Assembly (NCBI GenBank): GCA_028709955.1
Contig: JAQUTD010000001.1
Span: forward strand, 1-44,088
DNA length: 44,088 nucleotides
Source of the DNA: Bacteroidales bacterium
Lineage (GTDB): Bacteria > Bacteroidota > Bacteroidia > Bacteroidales > P3
Direction: 5' to 3'
Made by a program: the position numbers and the translations under genes
The notes under the pieces: generated by a model
What the model was told of the DNA's origin: nothing
What the model saw: only the letters and a program-made list of their open reading frames with translations
Database searches by the model: none
Part shown: positions 38,612 through 44,088 of the stretch, one piece after another
Numbering within the stretch: position 1 is the stretch's first letter
How the letters are laid out: each line of letters starts with the position of its first letter

Positions 38612-40357
38612 ATGAAAACTATAAATAGAATCCAATTATTTTTATTTTTGTCATTAATTAGTTTTAATTTAATGGCACAGGAAATTGTAACAGACACTGC
38701 AAAAAGAGATATTAGGCAGAATTTAACCGAGAATGTTATTATTTCTACTCAATTTGATCCGGTTGTAAATGAGGCAATGAAAATTTCAGACAATCCAAGC
38801 ATATTTGATACAAGTTTTGCAACTCCAAATTTTCAGTACCAGATAATGAATAATGTTTTTCCAACAAAATATGAGGTTGAAGAAATAAAACCAGCAATGG
38901 TTAGGGGAGAGCCTATATCCATGTTATATAATGGGAATGTTAGGGCAGGAATTGGGACCTATCTTACCCCATATTTTGAAGCTATATATTCTGAAACAAG
39001 GAATAAATCCCTCCTTTACTCCATTGGAGCACGCCACTATTCCTCTCATTGGTCGATAGATGACTATGCAAAAAATCATTTTGCAAACAACGATATTAAT
39101 ATCTATGGGAAGAAAATTTGGAATAAATTTTTTGTAGATGCAAAAGCATATTACAATAATTCGATAAACTACTATTATGGATTTAATAATGACAGTCTAA
39201 ATATTGACAACTCTGACTTTAGATCAGTTTGGCATAATGTTGGATTTAAAACAAACTATGAGAGTTTGTTTCGCAACCAAGATGCACTTAATCATAAATT
39301 AAGCTTTTCTGTTGAAGACATTTCTGGGAAATGGGGAACAAACGAACTTAAATTCCAATTTGACGCCCAAGCCTCCAAAAGATTTGAATTATTTGATCAA
39401 GACAAGCAATTATTAGGTTTGATATTTTCATATTTACATTATTTTAATAATTTTGATGCCTCAATCCTAACAAATGCACCATATTTTTCTACAAAAGTAA
39501 TCCCTTTAGATTTAATTGCCAATCCATCTCAATCATATAACACTGGATTAGTTAGCGTTAAACCTTATTTTGACTTTAAGGTGGATAAGTTTCAACTTCA
39601 CACCGCAATAGATTTTGTTGCAGAGATGGGACAAAATAAAGATTTTTACATCTACCCAACTGCAATTGTTTATTTCCCAATAATTCCAAAAAAAATATAT
39701 TTTGATGGAGGTTTAATTGGAAATATTGAAAGAGTTTCATTAAACACATTGAGGATAGAAAACCCATATATTAGCCCTTATCTTAACATAAAAACAACTT
39801 CAAACTATAAGCTTTTTGCAAAACTTAATTCAACATTTTCCAATAAACTTGGAATAAATGTTGAGGCTGGAATGCAAAACTTTACTAATCGACACTTCTA
39901 TATTCACGATTCATTAGCTCAATACAACAACATTTTCAATTTAACCTATGATGATGCGATTAGATACTATATTAAAGCACATTTTGAATACAATATAATT
40001 AAAGTATTTGCTTTAAGTTTGGATGCCGAATTACAATCATTCAAAACTGATAAATTAGCCTTCGCTTATTACGAACCAACCTTTTCAACCTCACTATCTT
40101 TACAATACATTATATCAAATAAATTAATATTTGACTTTATCCCAGTCTTTAAGACAGGGATGAAAGCTATCTATTTGGGTCAAGAAAAAACATTGGATCC
40201 AATCATTGATATAAATATGAATGTGGAATATAAATATAACGACCAACTTTCATTTTTTGTTAAACTAAATAATCTTGCATTCCAGCGTTATCAAGAATAC
40301 TACAACTTTCCTTCACAAAAATTTATGGGAATGATTGGAGCCTCTTTCTCATTCTAA
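38612..40357 (+). CDS. Putative outer-membrane beta-barrel protein (porin-like), 581 aa
   Basis: The start MKTINRIQLFLFLSLISFNLMAQ gives a signal peptide. The sequence is rich in alternating aromatic/polar beta-strand patterns and ends in ...GASFSF (terminal Phe). The upstream 54-codon extension overlaps the TPR gene and is rejected. Confidence 0.6.
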   Translation: MKTINRIQLFLFLSLISFNLMAQEIVTDTAKRDIRQNLTENVIISTQFDPVVNEAMKISDNPSIFDTSFATPNFQYQIMNNVFPTKYEVEEIKPAMVRGEPISMLYNGNVRAGIGTYLTPYFEAIYSETRNKSLLYSIGARHYSSHWSIDDYAKNHFANNDINIYGKKIWNKFFVDAKAYYNNSINYYYGFNNDSLNIDNSDFRSVWHNVGFKTNYESLFRNQDALNHKLSFSVEDISGKWGTNELKFQFDAQASKRFELFDQDKQLLGLIFSYLHYFNNFDASILTNAPYFSTKVIPLDLIANPSQSYNTGLVSVKPYFDFKVDKFQLHTAIDFVAEMGQNKDFYIYPTAIVYFPIIPKKIYFDGGLIGNIERVSLNTLRIENPYISPYLNIKTTSNYKLFAKLNSTFSNKLGINVEAGMQNFTNRHFYIHDSLAQYNNIFNLTYDDAIRYYIKAHFEYNIIKVFALSLDAELQSFKTDKLAFAYYEPTFSTSLSLQYIISNKLIFDFIPVFKTGMKAIYLGQEKTLDPIIDINMNVEYKYNDQLSFFVKLNNLAFQRYQEYYNFPSQKFMGMIGASFSF

Positions 40358-40381
40358 ACCTTGATTCTTTTTGAATAAATA

Positions 40382-40960
40382 ATGATTAGCAGAGAATATC
40401 TTATTGAATTCTTTAACAAACCAATGGGTAGACAATGTCTTGAAGATATAATTAAGGATATTGAAAAAGAACGTTTTCCTATTAGTGTATTATATGAAAT
40501 ATCATTTAATGAGAAACAAAAGATAGGATTTCATGCAGCTTGGACAATAGAAAAAATGTATGAGAAAAATATTGAAATAATTGACCTTGTTATTGAAGAT
40601 ATTCTCAAAGACTATAACAAAATCCCTAATTATGCTTGTGCTCGCCACTATGGTAGAATGATTGCATTAGTTTTGGGACTTGATTCAAAAAATAAATCTA
40701 CTCCAATTATGCAAAAAGCCCTAAAAGAATGTGATGATGAAGTAATCATTGAAGGAGCTTTCAATTGGTTGATTGAAAAGAATATCCCTATTGGAACAAA
40801 GATGTGGCAATTAGAAATACTTTCATATTTTATAAGGAAACACTCTTGGGTAAAAGAAGAATTAATCCCTATTGCTGAAAATCTATTACTTAAAGGGACT
40901 CCTGCAAGCGTAAATTATGGTAAAAGATTTCTTAAACGGATTTACTCTTCAACTCTTTGA
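40382..40960 (+). CDS. Hypothetical protein, 192 aa, predicted all-helical (HEAT/ARM-like by eye)
   Basis: The ORF starts 25 bp after the barrel gene. I recognise no family. Confidence 0.5.
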   Translation: MISREYLIEFFNKPMGRQCLEDIIKDIEKERFPISVLYEISFNEKQKIGFHAAWTIEKMYEKNIEIIDLVIEDILKDYNKIPNYACARHYGRMIALVLGLDSKNKSTPIMQKALKECDDEVIIEGAFNWLIEKNIPIGTKMWQLEILSYFIRKHSWVKEELIPIAENLLLKGTPASVNYGKRFLKRIYSSTL

Positions 40961-42281
40961 CTTCTTTTGATATTAAAACAGCAGTGATAATTGTTGCAAC
41001 CAAATCAGATGCAGGCATTGTTAACCAAACTCCCTTCACTCCCCAAAATTGAGGAAGGATAATCAAAAGGGGGATAAGTACAATTACCTGACGTGTTAAA
41101 GAAAGAAATATTGCCTTTTTTGCTTTCCCAATTGATTGGAAGAAATTTGAACTTACTATCTGAAATCCAATAATAGGGAAAAGGATGAACACTATACTAA
41201 ACCCTTTTGAAGCAATATCAATTAAAGTTTCATCTTTTGTGAATGCTCTACTAATTGCAAAGGGGAATAACTCAACTAATACAAAAGCAATAGTCATGGT
41301 AATTACTCCTAATACAATTCCTTTTTTAAGAACTTCCAAAACACGAGGATATAGCTTTGCTCCATAATTATAACCAACAATTGGTTGCATCCCTTGCGTA
41401 ATTCCAAGCACAACCATAACAAACATAAAACCAACTCTATTTATTATGCCATAAGCTCCAATAGCTAAATCACCTCCATACTTCTGCAAACTAAAATTAA
41501 TTAAAATCACAACTAAAGTGGCTGCTAAATTCATTAAAAATGGGGAGAGACCTATTGAAAAAATATCTAACACTATTTTTCTTTTTAATCTAAAAATATC
41601 TTTTGAAAAATGAATTATTTTGTTTGTTCTACAAAATATTAGAATAAGCCATGCTAATGCAACAAATTGTGAAATAATTGTTGCCCATGCAGCACCAGCA
41701 ATTCCCCAATTAAAAACAAAAACAAATAGGGCAAGAAGAATAATGTTAAGAATAACAGAAAATATGGTGACAAACATTGCTAATTTAGGATAGCCAGAAG
41801 CTCTCAAAAGTGCATTTAAGCCCAAATATAAACACGTAAGAACATTCCCACTAAGAATAATGAGCATAAAATCTCTTGCAAAACCAACCGTTTGACTACT
41901 ACCTCCAAAAAGGTAAAGAACTTCTGTTAGAAAAGGGAGTGTGACAAGAGTTAGGATAAGACCAATAATAATATTTAATATCACAACATTTCCCAGAACC
42001 ATTCTTGCGGAATCAAAATCTTTCTCGCCTAAACGAATAGAAATCATTGTTGCACCTCCCACCCCAACCAAAGAACCAAAAGCAGCAGAAAGATTCATAA
42101 GAGGAAATGTTAAAGCTAAACCAGAAATTGCTAAAGCGCCTAATTTTTGCCCAATAAAAATACTATCCGCAATATTATACAACGATGATGCTATCATTGC
42201 GATAATTGCTGGAAAAGCATATTTTAATAATAGCTTCCCTGGTTTTTCTCTTTCTAACAAGAGAGTTCTATCTTCACTCAT
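40932..42281 (-). CDS. MATE family efflux transporter
   Basis: The 449-aa ORF has 12 predicted TM segments. The N-terminus KLLLKYAFPAIIAMIASSLYNIADSIFIG is typical of MATE/NorM-like proteins. Confidence 0.9.
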   Translation of the reverse strand: MSEDRTLLLEREKPGKLLLKYAFPAIIAMIASSLYNIADSIFIGQKLGALAISGLALTFPLMNLSAAFGSLVGVGGATMISIRLGEKDFDSARMVLGNVVILNIIIGLILTLVTLPFLTEVLYLFGGSSQTVGFARDFMLIILSGNVLTCLYLGLNALLRASGYPKLAMFVTIFSVILNIILLALFVFVFNWGIAGAAWATIISQFVALAWLILIFCRTNKIIHFSKDIFRLKRKIVLDIFSIGLSPFLMNLAATLVVILINFSLQKYGGDLAIGAYGIINRVGFMFVMVVLGITQGMQPIVGYNYGAKLYPRVLEVLKKGIVLGVITMTIAFVLVELFPFAISRAFTKDETLIDIASKGFSIVFILFPIIGFQIVSSNFFQSIGKAKKAIFLSLTRQVIVLIPLLIILPQFWGVKGVWLTMPASDLVATIITAVLISKEVKELKSKSV

Positions 42282-42292
42282 ATTTCGAATTG

Positions 42293-42300
42293 CAAAGTTA
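42293..42300 (-). promoter_or_regulatory. -7 box TAACTTTG upstream of the MATE gene
   Basis: The plus-strand sequence caaagtta lies only 12 bp upstream of the ATG, implying a very short leader. Confidence 0.4.
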
Positions 42301-42316
42301 CTAAAATATATAAGTC

Positions 42317-42341
42317 AAAATCACTTTTAAAAAGTGATTTT
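42317..42341. promoter_or_regulatory. 25-bp perfect palindrome AAAATCACTTTT-A-AAAAGTGATTTT in the MATE / Lys-rich divergent intergenic region (candidate operator)
   Basis: This was read directly from the sequence. The 12-bp arms are exact reverse complements around a single central A. Confidence 0.4.
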
Positions 42342-42397
42342 AAATTTTGGCACGAAAGTTGTTACATATTCAATTATTAACATAAAAAAAATTAAAC

Positions 42398-42685
42398 ATG
42401 AAAAAAATTATTTTATTAACATTAATGCTTGTTGGTGTTGGTGCTACATCATTAATTGCACAAGAACCAATAAAAGGTCAGGTTAAGAAAAGTGAAGTTC
42501 AAACAAGGAATGACATAAAAAAAGCTGAAAAAGATGCCCAAAAAGCTTTTAAGAAAGCTGAAAAAGAAAGAAAAAAAGCTGAGAAAAAAGCATTAAAAGC
42601 TCAAAAAAAGGCTAATAAAGCAGCAGTTAAGGCCTCTACAAAAACTCCTAAGTCTAAATCGGTTGCTCCTAAGAACAGAAAATAA
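42398..42685 (+). CDS. Small secreted lysine-rich low-complexity protein (95 aa)
   Basis: The ORF has a signal peptide (MKKIILLTLMLVGVGATSLIAQ) followed by KKAEK-type repeats (KKAEKDAQKAFKKAEKERKKAEKKALKAQKKANKAAVKA). A strong hairpin terminator follows it. Confidence 0.55.
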   Translation: MKKIILLTLMLVGVGATSLIAQEPIKGQVKKSEVQTRNDIKKAEKDAQKAFKKAEKERKKAEKKALKAQKKANKAAVKASTKTPKSKSVAPKNRK

Positions 42686-42755
42686 ATTATCTTCAGTAAC
42701 GATAAAAGTTTATTGTAGAGAAGCTTGACCAAAGGATTTTATCCTAAGTTAATTG

Positions 42756-42793
42756 AAAAGTGCCTTGATAATTATTATCATAGGCACTTTTTT
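42756..42793. terminator. Bidirectional hairpin terminator between the Lys-rich gene and the NdpA-like gene
   Basis: The outer stem aaaagtgcct / aggcactttt (10 bp) is extended by tgataat / attatca. The hairpin is flanked by A and T runs on both sides. Confidence 0.7.
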
Positions 42794-42813
42794 ATTTAAT
42801 TGAGGTAATAAAA

Positions 42814-43860
42814 TTAAGACTCTTCGTTATAGTAAACCTTATAGAACTTCCCCTTATCATCTTGACCCTGCTCAATCATTTGACGGTTTCCATGAACATA
42901 GATATGGAAATTCTTATCTAACTTAATAACACTCTTAAAAACACGAGCCTGTTTTTTTACAGCACTATCAGAAATTGAAAAATTATCAATAATCTCAACT
43001 CCAAAATCATCCTCAAAGCCTTTCTTATAATTTTGAAAACTATCAATAACTGTTTCCTCTTCAATAACTTCCTTTGAAAACCTGTCAAAGTCAAAAGTTT
43101 CATTCTCCTTAAAGAACTTAACAGACTTATTCAACAAATCAGCCTGGTCTGCCTTTGAAACATCAAATTCGGAAGGGAGTTGTTTGGTAACAAAATTCTT
43201 ACACAAAGAAAGAACATTGTTAGTGTTGTAGTATTCATCTTGGCGTTGTTTAATATGCAAAAACTCATCAATCCAATACTGAGCCTCAGAACCCTTATTA
43301 GTGTTATCAACCACAGCAACAATATAACCATTCTCTTTCTCAATATTAAATATCAAACACCCCTTATCAAGTTTATTGATATTAATCCCCTTATCCAATT
43401 CAACATTAAAATTTTCTGATGTAGAACGTACCTTAAGAAAAGTATCTTTATTTTCAGACTTAAATATTCCAACACAATCAGAAGTTTTACCATTAATAAA
43501 ACATTCCTTGAAATAAACAACATAAAACTCCCCACCTTTTACCTTAGGGTGAATACTCTTTTCATATAAATGCTTAGCCAAAAGAACTGACTGCTGAAAT
43601 ATATTAGAAGAATTATCAAATATTTCAGAAATATAATTATAAACCTCATTAAACTTCAAGTCACTATCATGGTAGAAGTTAAAATACTCCTCCGACTTAA
43701 AAGAAGAAAAGAAATAACTAATCAAGGTATCTCTTAATATTTCATCTTCAATATTAATTTCCTTCTTAGCCAAAATAAGCAATTCATCATTCTTATTCCC
43801 AACCCAGTGAGCACAAACATTCTCAAGAGTACAATTTATATGATCTATCATAAAGTTCAA
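42814..43860 (-). CDS. Nucleoid-associated protein, NdpA/YejK-like (PF04245-type)
   Basis: The 348-aa ORF has an N-terminal AHWVGNK... and central segments GGEFYVVYFKE...GIFKSENKDTFLKV and YWIDEFLHIK. These resemble the YejK family layout. The call is by eye only. Confidence 0.65.
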   Translation of the reverse strand: MNFMIDHINCTLENVCAHWVGNKNDELLILAKKEINIEDEILRDTLISYFFSSFKSEEYFNFYHDSDLKFNEVYNYISEIFDNSSNIFQQSVLLAKHLYEKSIHPKVKGGEFYVVYFKECFINGKTSDCVGIFKSENKDTFLKVRSTSENFNVELDKGININKLDKGCLIFNIEKENGYIVAVVDNTNKGSEAQYWIDEFLHIKQRQDEYYNTNNVLSLCKNFVTKQLPSEFDVSKADQADLLNKSVKFFKENETFDFDRFSKEVIEEETVIDSFQNYKKGFEDDFGVEIIDNFSISDSAVKKQARVFKSVIKLDKNFHIYVHGNRQMIEQGQDDKGKFYKVYYNEES

Positions 43861-43916
43861 TTAATTTAATTCAACAAAACGTTCTGCCTTGTTCTAATAA
43901 AAAAGCAAAAGCTGTA

Positions 43917-43924
43917 CAAAGGTA
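43917..43924 (-). promoter_or_regulatory. -7 box TACCTTTG upstream of the NdpA-like gene
   Basis: The plus-strand sequence caaaggta lies 57 bp upstream of the ATG. Confidence 0.4.
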
Positions 43925-43944
43925 TAAATAAAAAGGCTTTCTTA

Positions 43945-44088
43945 CTATTTTTTTAATCTTGACTTATCTGCATTTGCTTTATGAAGTTTCTGTAAGTTTT
44001 CGAAATCATAATCCGACCTTATCTTATCAATAATAGTAGTTACAACCTTATATATCTCCTTGTCTTTAGAGTAATCAGCAGGACAAAC
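43945..44088 (-). CDS. Partial CDS (C-terminal 47 codons, runs off the window end), product unknown
   Basis: The minus-strand frame is open from the window edge and reads ...VCPADYSKDKEIYKVVTTIIDKIRSDYDFENLQKLHKANADKSRLKK, ending in TAG at 43945-43947. It is too short to appear in the ORF track. Confidence 0.35.
   Translation of the reverse strand, partial: VCPADYSKDKEIYKVVTTIIDKIRSDYDFENLQKLHKANADKSRLKK

Noticed and set aside
41185-42330. Plus-strand ORFs 41185..41367 and 41941..42330 (129 aa)
   Set aside because: They are antisense to the MATE transporter gene, and their hydrophobic antisense-type composition gives no independent support.
30916-43535. Other short overlapping ORFs (30916..31104, 33602..33784, 35153..35347, 38321..38506, 39576..39767, 43131..43343, 43180..43419, 43353..43535)
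   Set aside because: Each is 60-80 aa and lies antisense to, or out of frame with, a longer well-supported CDS.
1-44088. Defence island, prophage or mobile element somewhere in the window
   Set aside because: I could recognise no integrase, transposase, recombinase, restriction-modification, Cas, toxin-antitoxin, reverse transcriptase or phage structural gene. The tRNA cluster is the canonical tuf-associated one and has no adjacent integrase or direct-repeat attachment site. Gene content is core housekeeping.

Overview
Low-GC (roughly 30-40%) chromosomal segment with clear Bacteroidota hallmarks. These include TAnnTTTG -7 promoter boxes, gldD, a T9SS type-B sorting domain protein, a DUF3467 gene after rpoC, and an HU_HIG-type HU paralog. 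The window is almost entirely core housekeeping. Region 1-13.5 kb (minus strand) holds the conserved cluster tRNA-Thr/Tyr/Gly/Thr - tuf - tRNA-Trp - secE - nusG - rplKAJL - rpoBC - DUF3467. Region 13.9-21 kb holds birA, then rsfS-ftsH-LUD-cdsA-psd-rluA-mtgA on the plus strand. Region 21-29 kb holds an M23/LysM peptidase, DUF4301-glmS, an HU-like gene, trpS, rsmI and ruvC. Region 29-44 kb holds a POT peptide transporter, small S4 and DUF5606-like proteins, gldD plus a CBS/CorC protein, and a T9SS cargo protein. It continues with a ~1036-aa TPR protein, an outer-membrane beta-barrel, a hypothetical protein, a MATE exporter, a Lys-rich secreted protein and an NdpA-like nucleoid protein. I found no rRNA, CRISPR array, transposase, integrase or recognisable defence, toxin or mobile module, and no convincing novel multi-gene system. 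The most unusual unexplained structure is a 248-bp array of eleven 22-23-bp units, each an imperfect palindrome, at 26170-26417. It lies between the HU-like gene and trpS and ends in a perfect 18-bp inverted repeat. Secondary points are that DUF4301 looks like a divergent UDPGP-type nucleotidyltransferase co-oriented with glmS, and that gldD is paired with a membrane-domain-less CBS/CorC protein. There is also a 25-bp perfect palindrome in a divergent promoter region. All functional calls come from motif recognition by eye, and no searches were run.
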